From assembly GCF_001194135.2 (NCBI RefSeq), contig NC_068981.1:76675181-76739180 (forward strand): a stretch of 64,000 bases of DNA, written 5' to 3'. Shown piece after piece: positions 24,471 to 38,203 of the stretch (position 1 is the first letter of the stretch; the number at the start of each line of letters is the position of its first letter). Source of the stretch: Octopus bimaculoides. Taxonomy: Eukaryota. Under the pieces are notes generated by a model. It was not told where the DNA came from and ran no database searches. It saw only the letters and a program-made list of their open reading frames with translations. The position numbers were made by a program, and so were the translations under genes.

Positions 24471-24730
24471 GAAGGCCCATGGTTTAGTGGTTAAGGTGTT
24501 GCACTCACGATTGCGAGATCGTGAGTTCGATTCCCAGACTGGGGATTGCCTTGTGTACTTGAGAAAAGCGCTTCATTTCAAGCTGCTCTATGATCATTTC
24601 TACATCTGTCATGTGGCACCCGTTGCACAGGTACTGTGGATGTGATGGAGGGAGTGAGCTTATGTCTACACATTATTTGATCGCTATAAACAAATCATCT
24701 GTGTGGTCGTTCGGTAAGACATTGTTGAAC
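24471..24730 (+). mobile_element. tRNA-derived SINE, family B subfamily
   Basis: GGCCCATGGTTTAGTGGTTAAGGTGTTGCACTCACGATTGCGAGATCGTGAGTTCGATTCCCAGAC (A and B boxes) followed by TTGTGTACTTGAGAAAAGCGCTTCATTTC. Confidence 0.75.
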
Positions 24731-24762
24731 CCTCATACATCGTGTAACGACGCTAGAGTCAA

Positions 24763-25460
24763 TCGTATATATATCAAAAATTATGCGCACTCTTGTTTTT
24801 TCAGTGTATTTACACAAAAGCAGGGGATAAACAAATACGTCATTTTTCTGTATAGTCACTTTCCATTTCGATGCACTTGGCCCAGCGGTCCACAAGCTTG
24901 CGTATTCCTTCCAAGAAGGTTTCCGGTTGGTCGTGCAACCATATATGCACCTTCAAATCTTCATCCTTAGGAAATCGAATACTCCGGAAACCACATTTGA
25001 GCGGTCTAAAAATATGATGGTCGGAAGGGGTGAAATCTGGGTTGTAGGCAGGGTGTTCCAGCACCTCAAAGCCCAATTGGTTAATGGTTTCAACGGTCTG
25101 GCCGGCCGTGTGTGGGCGTGCATTGTCATGCAACAACAAAACTTCCTTCGACAATAGTCTTCGGCGTTTGGTGCAAGTTGCTGGCTTCAGTCTGTTGGCC
25201 GGCAAAGCATTGTATATTGCACTGTTGATCGTAAACCACTTTTCCAGAGAAAAGGGTCACTGCTCTTTGTTCTTCTTTGGTGAACATTACTAGTGGAGCG
25301 GCCACACTTACACTGTAAAGCCAGGAAGGAAAATGGCGTGATCAGGCTCAAACTTCGATCACATGGCCACAATAGTATCACCTCTAAGCACACATGCGCA
25401 GAAGGCGGTGTAGCAATAATAAAGATATGTTATGGCGAAAGTGCGGAGAATGTTTGACTT
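24763..25460 (-). mobile_element. Internally deleted mariner (DD34D) element with both TIRs
   Basis: LLHDNARPHTA...HPAYNPDFTPSDHHIF with 34 residues between the Ds. N-terminal LVMFTKEEQRAV motif lies only about 150 bp upstream. TIR similarity GTGCGCATAATTTTTGAT vs GTGCGGAGAATGTTTGAC (14 of 18). Confidence 0.85.
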
Positions 25461-25489
25461 TATTTATTTATATAATTATATCTTTGTAC

Positions 25490-25703
25490 CTGAGTTTGCT
25501 CCCCACACAGACGCTTCACAACCGATGTTGGTGTGTTTATGTTCCCGCAACTTAGCGATTCTACAAAATAGCCTGATAGAATAAATACTAGGTTTAAAAC
25601 GAAAAAAAAGCCCCGGGGTCGATTTGTTCGACTAAAACCCCTCAAGGCGGTTACTCGGGATGGCCGCAGTCAAATGATTGAAACAAGTAAAAGATAAAAG
25701 ATA
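25490..25703 (+). mobile_element. SINE family A, 3' half
   Basis: ACAACCGATGTTGGTGTGTTTATGTTCCCG...GGGGTCGATTTGTTCGACTAAAA...GGCCGCAGTCAAATGATTGAAACAAGTAAAAG. Confidence 0.75.
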
Positions 25704-26777
25704 CAAGATAACAATTATTTAATTTGTGTTTTTATTTCCAAGAAGCAAGGGTGTAATTTAAAGAGCCTTTGGTAGCTATATCCAGTCTATCTGTAGTTCA
25801 TTGTTAGTGTTGCTGCTCAGAGTGTAGGATTCATGCTAATAACACTAAAGTTAGGACTTGTATGCTTTGTAAAGAATTTGGGGACTTATGTTGGTGGCGA
25901 TAATTGTATTAGAGGCAGGGTGATGTACAATATGAGTTCAAATTTTACCTTTCAACCCTGTGCAATTAATGAACTAAATCATTGCCCGTCAAACAGTTCA
26001 ATTATACATTACGGAAGCTATATCACTTCGTTTAAAAAATTAATAGATATGATACCACATATCAATAATGCAAACACAATCGGCAAAGAGTCGCCGATGA
26101 TACTTTAAGATAGTTAGTAATGGCCTATTATGTTCTGTGTTCAAATTTTACCGGCGTCGACTTCTCCTTTCATCCAACAGAAATCGATAATAAAACGTTA
26201 GTACTAATCAAGTACTAACGTTGATCTAATCTGCTACATTTCTCTTTGAAAATATGTTATCTTGTAGCAATTTTAATACTTTCTATTATATTATCACTAT
26301 CATTACTCGGTTCAATAAAATTGAAATAATTTCATTTCTATTTACATAATCACCCGCACAAATGCACACGCAAATATTCACACACTTATTTATGGGCACA
26401 CATATATAATATAGCACATATAATATCACCTAATACCTTGAGCCACACAAAATATATTTTCCCGCCCAAGGGCATCCTCAAGGACTAAATGAAGTGGTTT
26501 ATTTAATTCAAATGATTTAACAGAGAACTAAATAGAAGGATAGTTATATTGGGGAAGAATAATAGGCTACACAAATAGCAGGTGTGGCAGTGGGGAAGGC
26601 GGAAGTGTACGCAGAATCAAAAGAATCAGAGTTAAGTATTTACAGATGGTAGCAATGATGATAATGATGTATAAATTTTCGTTAAGCAGAAAGTTAAATT
26701 GAAAATGTTGACAACGTAAGTAGGTTTTCTATATCAGTGGTGGTGACGGAATTGTTGCAAAAGTTGAGGGTGGACGA

Positions 26778-26818
<41 letters not shown>

Positions 26819-27701
26819 CGATTAATTCAGAGTACCCATTAAATTCTGTATTATCAGAGGTGTGATTTTTATGACTAAAATCAGATTTGCTACCCTATCT
26901 CTCTATCATAAAGGCATGAATGAAACAATTGATGTTTTATGTTTATGCAAGAGAGCTGCTTTGTGTATCGTGTGTTCTCTCTCATAATTCTCAGAAATGC
27001 AGTAAGTTCAAGATGAAGATAAGGACTACCAGCGACGCATAAAGAATAATGCACCGCAAACTCCAGGCAGATCGCTGTGTGCACAAAAAGTTAAATTTAG
27101 GTGAATAGTAAATAATTTTCTTAATCATGCTTTTATATAACTGTGGAACTTGGATGTTGTACAGCCAAAATTTGAAGACAGATCTATTCTATCTAAGTGA
27201 CCCGGAAAATCTGTGCATCACGCTGGAAATAACTGTAGCCTATGATCACCGCGAATCAATTAAAGTTAGGGATATATTTCAACAGAATAACATCTTTTTC
27301 AGGAAGACATAACGAAAGCTCAAAATTCACAAGAAAGGGTTGGTGGAAACAGGGGCTTTAATATCCAGTTTCAAAGTGATAGTTCTACTGGCGAGTGGCA
27401 ATCATCAGTATTTATCTGGGTAACCAGGCGATTATAGCAGATTAATAATGATTTGAAAGCCTACTACACCAAACTTCAGGTATATATGTTTGTCTTCGTT
27501 AATAGATTGTGAGGTCTATCAGGGAACAGGTGGTATATCTAATCAGGTATGGTAAACTTCAAGAAAACCGAGGAAATTACTAAAGAGAGTAAATATTCCT
27601 TTGAACCACGTGGAGTCAGTCAGCCTATATCAACTTGTCCCCCACATAATGTCTTCATTTGGGGCACATCGCCTAAAATATGCACACACACACACACACA
27701 C

Positions 27702-27732
<31 letters not shown>

Positions 27733-28999
27733 NNNNNNNNNNNNNNNNNNNNNNNNNNNNNNNNNNNNNNNNNNNNNNNNNNNNNNNNNNNNNNNNNNNN
27801 NNNNNNNNNNNNNNNNNNNNNNNNNNNNNNNNNNNNNNNNNNNNNNNNNNNNNNNNNNNNNNNNNNNNNNNNNNNNNNNNNNNNNNNNNNNNNNNNNNNN
27901 NNNNNNNNNNNNNNNNNNNNNNNNNNNNNNNNNNNNNNNNNNNNNNNNNNNNNNNNNNNNNNNNNNNNNNNNNNNNNNNNNNNNNNNNNNNNNNNNNNNN
28001 NNNNNNNNNNNNNNNNNNNNNNNNNNNNNNNNNNNNNNNNNNNNNNNNNNNNNNNNNNNNNNNNNNNNNNNNNNNNNNNNNNNNNNNNNNNNNNNNNNNN
28101 NNNNNNNNNNNNNNNNNNNNNNNNNNNNNNNNNNNNNNNNNNNNNNNNNNNNNNNNNNNNNNNNNNNNNNNNNNNNNNNNNNNNNNNNNNNNNNNNNNNN
28201 NNNNNNNNNNNNNNNNNNNNNNNNNNNNNNNNNNNNNNNNNNNNNNNNNNNNNNNNNNNNNNNNNNNNNNNNNNNNNNNNNNNNNNNNNNNNNNNNNNNN
28301 NNNNNNNNNNNNNNNNNNNNNNNNNNNNNNNNNNNNNNNNNNNNNNNNNNNNNNNNNNNNNNNNNNNNNNNNNNNNNNNNNNNNNNNNNNNNNNNNNNNN
28401 NNNNNNNNNNNNNNNNNNNNNNNNNNNNNNNNNNNNNNNNNNNNNNNNNNNNNNNNNNNNNNNNNNNNNNNNNNNNNNNNNNNNNNNNNNNNNNNNNNNN
28501 NNNNNNNNNNNNNNNNNNNNNNNNNNNNNNNNNNNNNNNNNNNNNNNNNNNNNNNNNNNNNNNNNNNNNNNNNNNNNNNNNNNNNNNNNNNATATATATA
28601 TATATATATAGGTCATCGTCGAACAACCTATCCGACTCAGGACCGATCGACGTTACTACGATTGATATCAGCTAACAAACGTTTACCCTAGGTTTGGTTA
28701 TCGATCGCCACTGTAATTATCCCAAGTGTTGGTTAAATTTCTTGTCGCGGAGACATTGAGGCAACCTCATACTTGTTTATAAGACGACTGCTTGAGACTC
28801 CGAAAATAATTAACTTAACGCCAGGCTCGATAGAGCGCTTTTCCGGTGACTCTGTGTGTCTTGTGTTTGATATTCTTTTTAAATGTCTCCTAAAATGTCT
28901 ACTCAGGAGATATCGTCGTTATTAATCAATTAGTGCTTCTGTAAGTCGCAGTTTTCTGCGAAAATCCGTAATATCTCTTTAATTTTATTGTGGACAGAG

Positions 29000-29775
29000 G
29001 AGGTAATTGCACTTTTTTGGGGAGTGCACTTTTTTAGGGAGGGTAAATTTACAGTATTTATATCACGAATTTATAAATTCATGAATTAGAATAATAAAAT
29101 AAAATATGTACAAAGTCGGTTACGCGTTCATGGATTAATATATTTACAAAATCCAAAATTGGCTATGTGTTTATATTCAAGCGCAGTTTGTATGTTTCAA
29201 TAAATATATTCTCTCTCTTTTTTAATCTCTGTTTTATAGAGATTGTTTCCCTATACTGGTAGGTGGGGAAAATTGTGAAGGTTGATTGGACTAATTTCAC
29301 TTGTGCATCAGAAAATTTATGTAATAACTTGTTCAGAGTGTGGACACAACTATATGGGCCAAACAAGGATGTCCTTTAGACGGAGAACTACGCTTCATAA
29401 GAAGCAGATTCGTTTCCTAAGGAATAGACAGATACCATTGAGTGAACACACACAGAGATGTGTGGGGAATGTCCAATCAAAACTTCACAGTTTTCTCCAC
29501 CTACCAGTGCAAGGAAGCAATCTCCATACCACAACGATTAAATAAAGACAATTATTTATTGAAAATACAAACCGCGCTTGAATATGAACACAAACAACTT
29601 TGGATTTTGTAAATATTTTCATTCCTGAACGCATAACCGATTTTTGTACATATTTTATTTCATTATTCTAATTCATGAATTTATAACTTTGTAATATAAA
29701 TATTATGAATTTACCCCACAAAATAGTGTAGGACTCAAAAAAGTATACCTCCCAAAAAGTGTAACTATTTCCCCT
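29000..29775. mobile_element. Penelope-like element (PLE) GIY-YIG remnant in a fold-back structure (~290-300-bp inverted arms, 179-bp spacer)
   Basis: Spacer encodes NFTCASENL/IYVITCSECGHNYMGQT...LHKKQI...PLSEH (PLE GIY-YIG). Right arm (29471-29775) holds the ORF end and 3' UTR. Left arm (about 29000-29291) is its reverse complement, about 80-85% identical by eye. Confidence 0.8.
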
Positions 29776-30274
29776 ATCTAAAATAATAACAATTAGCAAT
29801 TACCTTCTCTAGTATTTACATTTTGGTTTATTTACGAAAAAACACTCATGCAGATAACATGTACTAAAATCTTCAAGATGCTATGAATTTGCAATATAAT
29901 CTCCAATTTCCCAATCAGGAGTAGCAAAACGCGAAACCGGTAGACTGTATAAATATCCTATCTTATAAAATATACACAAAATTAATAAATCACGTGTATT
30001 TTCCTTCTTTTGTTACATAGATTATTCTACGACCCACCAGGTGTGGGAAAATCTCTTCAACGAAACCCTTCAATATTTATATANNNNNNNNNNNNNNNNN
30101 NNNNNNNNNNNNNNNNNNNNNNNNNNNNNNNNNNNNNNNNNNNNNNNNNNNNNNNNNNNNNNNNNNNNNNNNNNNNNNNNNNNNNNNNNNNNNNNNNNNN
30201 NNNNNNNNNNNNNNNNNNNNNNNNNNNNNNNNNNNNNNNNNNNNNNNNNNNNNNNNNNNNNNNNNNNNNNNNNN

Positions 30275-30327
<53 letters not shown>

Positions 30328-30779
30328 AAGAAAGAGAGAGGGAGAGAAAAAAACAAAATTATTTCATTCCTCACGGTTAGAAATACACGAAAATAAGAAA
30401 TAAGTTGAAAATCCACTGAGAATAGTTAAAATATTTTTATTGATATATTTAAATCTTTAGCCAGCTTCACAGTTTACACCGATTTTCAAAAGCTTCAAAT
30501 AGAAAGACATGGTTTATGTCGTAGATGTCTTGCTTGTGAGTAGTGTTTGAAGCTTTCCCTATTTCTACAAGCAGATCATGGCTCAAATTAGTATATGCTT
30601 TGAATATGATTTTATTAGTAGAGGATAGTCACATGATTGATCTTAAAAATTTTTGTAGGTTCCCCAATAAGTCCATATGTTAGTATCAAGTTTGGCGTCG
30701 TAAGATAAGGCTGACATAGTTGACTCAACATCTTCAAACATCAATGCTCTGTATGTTTTCTGTCAAGTGTTTGTGCAGA

Positions 30780-31560
30780 ATAAACACATGATTAAGTTTA
30801 GAACCTTTTGTGCGTTCCCTTCGTCCGTGCAGTAGTGTTACGTAACAGTGTATTTTGCGCTTAAAATGAAAGCCGACACGGTTAGGTGAGCATGTTTAGT
30901 TATAATCAAGGCACTCTAAATTTAATCTGTCTGGTGGGAGAATGGACAGGAGTCGTTTGTATGTAGTCCAGGGGTCAAAGTTTAAGTTGTTAGCTGTGTG
31001 GGTTCCTCATGTTAAGTGGCAGAATTAGTTTTGTCTGTGAATAGTTATTTGTTTATGACTGTTAAAATTTGTTAAGTCTTGGTTTGTACATTTGCATGAA
31101 AGTATTTTCTTTGTTTATCCGTGCGTCATCTGTGGTATTCGCTGAACATACGTAGAGTGAGAAGACCGGGAAATTAGGGGACTTATTTTTTGCACATATA
31201 TCTATGTGTCCACTATGTGAATCTGTCTAGTACTGGGGTCTTGTAATTGCTGTCGGTGAATGGGCAGTCTATTTATTAGAGTAGGCTTTGTTTGACCTAT
31301 GTAATCATCATTACAGCCTCGATATTTGATAGCATATATTAAATTCCTTGAAGAACATGTAAAGCGATTTTTTATGGTAAACACCTGTCCTGATTTGAAT
31401 TGATTTGAACATCTGTCCTGATTTGAATTTAAATTGTCGCCTGTTGAAAAACGGTGGGGTGCTTTTGTGTCCGTAAGTTTACTTGCGATATCGCTTCCCA
31501 TCTGTTAAGTTGTCTAATGCAACGTGCTTTGTTGCGGTTGGCTGAATTACACCTTTAGAA
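30780..31560 (-). mobile_element. Penelope-like element 3' fragment with GIY-YIG endonuclease pseudogene (about 31062-31501)
   Basis: QVFTIKNRFTCSSRNLIYAIKYRGCNDDYIGQT...RL.IHRQQL, then after a frameshift HIDICAKNK...RINKENTFMQMYKPRLNKF*; downstream non-coding segment is taken as 3' UTR (its boundary is uncertain). Confidence 0.8.
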
Positions 31561-33050
31561 TGACTATGTAACCTAAAGGCAGGAAATGAGTTATTTTATC
31601 CTTTATGAACGTAGCCTCACGTCGCTGAGTGCGAATTGCTAAAATAGATTTTGGTACGAAAATTTTCTGGGATGTGACATTTGGAACCCGGATATATATG
31701 AAGCTATAATTATCAAGCTAAATTTAGCAATATTTCTGACCTCCAGTTCAGAGATTTTATGTGAGTTTTTAGGTTTTGGAAATTTTCGGATAAACAGAGG
31801 CTACAATTACGTAACTTTTCACTGTAAATCATAAGTCGATCAATAATGTTCTATATTACAGGTAGACATACCAATTCTAGGTCCGTGATTTTCCATTTGA
31901 AAAGAAAAAAATAGGATGACCTGCTTCTCATCGTGAATGACTGTAGATGCTGATATCAGTGGCATATGAAAGATTTTGATGGTAGAATCGTATAGTTTCA
32001 TTCAAAACTGCTTCGGCTAATGGTTACTTCGAATATTACTTCTTTCAAGGGACAAGTTTCTCTGAGTGGACTAAAGTTACAGGTCAAATGTGAGGAAGTG
32101 GTGTTAGGCTGTAGTATTTGATCTGGGTAGTTATATTTTCCACATAATGATAACTCACTGTAGTGTTATCTGAGCTGAAGAGGAGTAAAATGTGTGCTTA
32201 GATGAGATAGTTTGTAATTACGTACTAGAATTTGGAGATTCCTTGGGATAATTCTGATGACGTCTAGATCACATTCCTCTTTCTAATTATGATCTACTCT
32301 GTGATGATTCCTCTTCCAACTAAAGGAATTTTTCTTTGTATCTGTTTCAAATTATCACATCATTATATTGGTCGTCTAGCGTGCATAAAGATATCACTAT
32401 TGAAAAAATTCAGTTATACCTAATCATTTCGCTCCCTTTTTCTTAATTACAGGAAAGGGATATTTAGAGGTTTCATGAATGCAATTTAGCTTTCTGTAAA
32501 AATAATGCTGATCTGTTTTCAAGCTATGTATTATTTTTATTCCTTGTTCAAGTTAAAAAACCCTTAAGCCCATCGACTAAATGCTTTTTGAATATATCCG
32601 TGGTGTGGTAAGAATGAGATAGCTAAGCGATTATCTCTCGTAAAATCTGGAGCCGGTGCAATTTCAGAGAGTTACTAGGATACATAATCCCACAAGTCTG
32701 CTTCGTCGCAGATCTCTAAGGAATGTCATTTGAATTCGTAACATTTTATTGGTAATTTTCCAACGTTCGTTATAATTCTGGTGTCTAAATTTATATTTGC
32801 CTTGATTTCTTTCATGTAATCCAATTCCAATTTTTTTTAACAAGCTAGGACTATATATGGACGGATAATGCCTATAAAATGAGTGCTGGTAGATATCATT
32901 GTATAAATGCCCTGGAACTAGTGCAGATCCATTGCTCCAGTGTCGTAAGTAACAATCAAGTCTGATTTTGTCGAGGATACGGAATCTAGCTTTTGTTAAT
33001 CGCTTTTGGAAGAGGTATATAACCTACATACATGTTTGTACGAATATTTG

Positions 33051-33096
<46 letters not shown>

Positions 33097-35254
33097 TGTG
33101 TGCGTGTAACATGCATATATGCACGTGTTGTAGGTAAGTATATATAGATTCATGTATGTGTATGCGTGAATGCGTGTTCATGTGTATGCATACATATATT
33201 GATGCATGATGCTATGTAGGGAAATTTTGCATGCAATTCGTGGGAAAAGATTTTTGGGGTATTTTACTGTTATAAACTTACATTCAAGTATTCGGAACAA
33301 TATTTTGCTTGCAGTTAACGAAGTGGTGTTTAGTACGACTACAATTGCTCTGAACGACAGAAATAAGAAAACAACAATGAAATTATTGCTTAACAAACCA
33401 CAATTACTTGCTAGTAACTGATTGTTTCAGAGATCAGAAGCACATTTACGTTGAATGATAGTCGACTGTTACAAACATTTAACTAGTTTCTTTATCCGAA
33501 TGATTTATGCGTCTCAGGTTTTCTAGGTAAAAATATGAGAAACATTTCTATTACACAGGTAGGTTTCCAGTCTATCTTGGGTAGTTTTGCAAGCTAGAAG
33601 ATGTGAAAACGGCACTTCAAGTTCATGAAATTGTACACTGAGTAGCTACACAACAAATCAAAGATAGTACCAAATATCAATACTAAAGAGACTACATACT
33701 AAAAGATGCTACAAAAGTTATATACACAACATACAGATCATTGCTGCTGTGAGTTTGAACTCCTTGCGAAGCGCAACGTCATAAAATATTTTTATGCACA
33801 CAAACTCGTACAGAGCTATAGAAAACAATACTACAACAGCATCATAAATATACAATCTACGTTTTGTCAACCAGACAAACTTAATTAAACACATAAACAC
33901 ATAAACAGCAGCAACAGCGGCAGAGGTACTATTAGCATTCACTAAGAAATATACAGAACACAAATTGCTACTCTCTGACCGAGTTCTCACATGTTTGTTG
34001 TAATGACAACCAGATTCTACAGATGCAGACTTAGCAAATGATGTAGACTATACGTAGTCTCTGTGATTGCGGAAACTAGCAGCTAAATTCTTAAATATTT
34101 CCGTACAATTTTGAAAATAGAAAGCACATGTTAAATAGAATGATCCTAAATTATAATTAAAAAAAAAACTGAAATGGTCGTGGAATGCGTGTGATCATAG
34201 ATCGTTGTGATTGTATGGGATTAATTAACACTATCGTTTATGAGGCTGCTTGTTCTGCTAATATAGCAATCATTTTTTTTTTCAAATAATCTCTTCCTTT
34301 TAAAAAGAGGGTTATACTGGCTGGCTAATAAATCCCTAAATAAAACTTGAAAAAAAGTGGTTGTCCTTGATCAAACACCTTTGGTGACAAGTCTAGTTGA
34401 CCAGAGTCGAGTTGTGCTAATCAGTATCAACAAGCAATAACAGGTGTACTTAAAGGAGACAGCATGGAGGCTATATGTTCAGATTGTCACGATGCAGACT
34501 GATCATTGTTTGTCAGTTAGGTTGAAGCGTAGTATATGAAGAACAATAGAGTTGTTGGGCGAGCGCAGACATTTATATGCTCAAATGTTAATCACCGAAG
34601 AGTTAAACGATGACAAGAGCTACGTATAAACATTATATTTAAAGCAACATACTTTGTGAACGTGAAGTCGCAAGTGAAGATAAATTCTGTTACTCACAAA
34701 TATACACAGCCACATATATCTGTGTGTAAGCATAGTTCCATATATGCATGNNNNNNNNNNNNNNNNNNNNNNNNNNNNNNNNNNNNNNNNNNNNNNNNNN
34801 NNNNNNNNNNNNNNNNNNNNNNNNNNNNNNNNNNNNNNNNNNNNNNNNNNNNNNNNNNNNNNNNNNNNNNNNNNNNNNNNNNNNNNNNNNNNNNNNNNNN
34901 NNNNNNNNNNNNNNNNNNNNNNNNNNNNNNNNNNNNNNNNNNNNNNNNNNNNNNNNNNNNNNNNNNNNNNNNNNNNNNNNNNNNNNNNNNNNNNNNNNNN
35001 NNNNNNNNNNNNNNNNNNNNNNNNNNNNNNNNNNNNNNNNNNNNNNNNNNNNNNNNNNNNNNNNNNNNNNNNNNNNNNNNNNNNNNNNNNNNNNNNNNNN
35101 NNNNNNNNNNNNNNNNNNNNNNNNNNNNNNNNNNNNNNNNNNNNNNNNNNNNNNNNNNNNNNNNNNNNNNNNNNNNNNNNNNNNNNNNNNNNNNNNNNNN
35201 NNNNNNNNNNNNNNNNNNNNNNNNNNNNNNNNNNNNNNNNNNNNNNNNNNNNNN

Positions 35255-35285
<31 letters not shown>

Positions 35286-37374
35286 CATACATACATACAT
35301 ACACCACATATGTATGTATGTATGTATGTATGTCTAACGTATTTTTGTGTATGAAATGAATACAGGCAGAAGTTATTACAGAAATTTAAGGTGAATAGGA
35401 ACAGCAAAAGAAAATTAAAATACTCATGTCAGCGGTGTAAGAGCTCTGGTCTACAGATTGATTTGTTGTCCCTGTATGATTGAGAATTGGTATGAAATAC
35501 CAAATGCTCCTGGCCAGCAATGAATATTTTGCCTCGCTTGCCCCAACTACAAGAAGTTTCTAAATACTTTCAAATTTCACCCCTAAAATTTCTTACCAAT
35601 TTTTGTTATTCAGCAAAATCTGATCTCTCAGTAGACCACAGATTTTTCTATACTGATATTAATATTTAAGTTTTCATTTCTTTGTCCCTATTCACCAAGT
35701 TGTTCCTAGTCCACGACCATCTAAACCACGATAATTAATTGATAGTGCACCCCACAGTATTTTGAGGATAATTTGAAATGTATAGTAATCGTCTTTGATA
35801 AATATATGAAATATGGTTTGATATGCCGAATATAGAATACTGAAAAAAGAATATCTCTGACCTGCTGCTAGCGTTGATAGACTTTATCGTTGAAAATTGT
35901 CCGTTTTACTGTGAGACAATTGCTTTGCAGCAATTGATATGATGTTTAAAATCGGACCAATTTTTACTGGTATTCCAGATTGGCATTACATTGTACCTAC
36001 AGTAACTAGCATGGCATGGTACACAAATCAGCCAGTTAATTAATAGTGCAGTATTCAAAGACGACTTACAATAGTACTCTTACTCAGATTAATGTTTAAC
36101 AAAACTACAAAGACCTGAGACTGATGTCTTTTTCTATTCACTTAACAGCGTTGAATATTACTACGTGCGTAATGTTGAAATTATCGTTGAAACATTTCGT
36201 ATACATTTTAGAGTGAACCTAAAATTTGGTGTTTAGTTAGATGGTATTCCTTCTAGTTTACAGCAGCCTCAACATTATAGATCAATTAATTCTCTCTACA
36301 TGCAATATTATACATATTGGGTGGCCCAATTTATCTGTCCCAGTTCGTGTTTATTGTAAATAACAATAAGCTATTATTTTTTCAATGGAGGGATGGGCCA
36401 TTTCACTCATGATGTTCTAACGACGTAGATATCAGAGAGAATTGACTTCCACTTTTTGCCCACAGAGACATAAAACCTGTATTCGTTTTACAAAGGAGCA
36501 AAATCTAAACGTTATTGAAAGAAATATACATTTCATTTGAAATTATAAATGCGTAAGCATGCCTGTAAGATGTACTCATATATATAACACATTTATATTT
36601 ATTTATCTAACCAGATATTCATTTATCTAATCAGTATTAAACAGCATCAAAGAAAAATGTTCTTTTGATGGATTTTAGACAAAAGCAAATTCCAGTCATG
36701 TATAAAACAATATTAATTTCATAAATGTCAAGCATGTCCTATAGATGAGCTGTTCAAAACTGGCATTTTAATTCATTCTTTTAATAACTTATCTCTTCCA
36801 AATTTTTTTGTAAATACATTTTCTTAAAGGTTACTTATACTATTTTCTATGCTATATGTAAATACATATATGTTATGTCCGTGTACCAACGTCTTAACTC
36901 TGAAGACTGCAATAAATAGAGAGGGAAAAGTATGAGCAGCCCGACAAGTGAGTAGCGACATCAAAGATTTTGTGAGCAGAAAAAGAGATCAATCCCAGTT
37001 CTTTTTAGTCATGTTAATCATTCTTTTATCATTTAATTATTGTGGATTTAAATAATTAATTAGACAATCAACATTGACAGCACGCAGAATGCCAGCCAAG
37101 GAGGAATACCAGTTTTGCATTATTGGACTTGGTGTAATCTATCAATAGGTACAAGCCAATAATCTCTCAGTAAATAGACAATGGGCATATTTTCTATTCA
37201 AGTCAACACTAGAAGTAAAACAGGGTGATTCTTTTTTTCTGTTCTGCCTGTTATGCACAGTGAGGCTAAAAGTATGCTAATCAAAAACTTATACTTTACA
37301 TTTTAAACTGTAGACGAAATGTGTATGAATTAATGATTTTTGAACATCCATTTCACACAAAAAATAACGTTTTA

Positions 37375-37574
37375 CATACATACATACATACATGCATGCA
37401 TGCATACATACATACATACACACTCACACACACATACATACATACATACATACATACATACATACATACATACATACGTACGTACATATATACATTCGTA
37501 TGTACTCATATATGTATATAAATATGTACATACGTACGTACGTACGTATTTCTGTCCGTATGTATGAATGTATG

Positions 37575-37655
<81 letters not shown>
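37375..37655. repeat. (CATA)n/(TA)n microsatellite block
   Basis: Directly visible. Confidence 0.95.
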
Positions 37656-37657
<2 letters not shown>

Positions 37658-37790
37658 CATTATCCAGCCTTATTTCAAGATTTCTTACCAATAACGAAAT
37701 AGTCCGTTTCTAACCTGGATCCAAGGCCCCTTCATTGGAATTTCAACATCAACAACAGGGTATTTTTCTTTGTATGTATGTATGTATGTA

Positions 37791-38203
37791 TACTCTTTTA
37801 CTCTTTTAGTTGTTTCAGTCATTTGACTGTGGCCATGCTGGAGCACCGCCTTTAGTCGAGCAAATCGACCCCAGGACTTATTCGTTGGATGCCTAGTACT
37901 TATTCTATCGGTCTCTTTTGCCAAACCGTTAAGTTACGGGGACATAAACACACCAGCATCGGTTGTAAAGCGATGTTGGGGGGACAAACACAGACACACA
38001 AACATATACACATACATATATATATATTTACATATATACGACTGGCTTCTTTCGGTTTCCGTCTACCAAATCCACTCACAAGGCTTTTGTCGGCCCGAGG
38101 CTATAGTAGAAGACACTTGCCCAAGTTGCCACGCAGTGGGAATGAACCCGGAACCATGTGGTTGGTAAGCAAGCTACTTACCACACAGCCACTTCTACGC
38201 CTA
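37791..38203 (-). mobile_element. SINE family A, full length, best-preserved copy
   Basis: Minus strand AGGCGTAGAAGTGGCTGTGTGGTAAGTAGCTTGCTTACCAACCACATGGTTCCGGGTTCATTCCCACTGCG head through the GCTCCAGCATGGCCACAGTCAAATGACTGAAACAACTAAAAGAG tail. Confidence 0.9.

Noticed and set aside
27127-27200. LLYNCGTW motif suggestive of an RTE-clade LINE
   Set aside because: One short motif with no supporting colinear motifs.
27370-27415. CTGATGA...GAAAC on the minus strand
   Set aside because: No convincing stem II and no NUH triplet in register.
29868-29947. GAAACCGGTA (palindromic stem III-like) downstream of the PLE at 29.5 kb
   Set aside because: Upstream core would need two substitutions (TTCAAGA) and a 6-nt insertion before GAAA; the position fits a PLE hammerhead but the evidence is too weak.
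31920-32400. LSYATDISIY on the minus strand, resembling an RT YADD motif
   Set aside because: Single degenerate motif in frames full of stops; no other RT motifs could be placed.
33718-33990. Hydrophobic minus ORF with NST site and SIALYEF, loosely like GPCR TM1-TM2
   Set aside because: Lacks the GN and LAxxD residues, starts at GTG and is bounded by stops; AT-rich DNA readily gives hydrophobic ORFs. BLASTx/HMMER would settle it.
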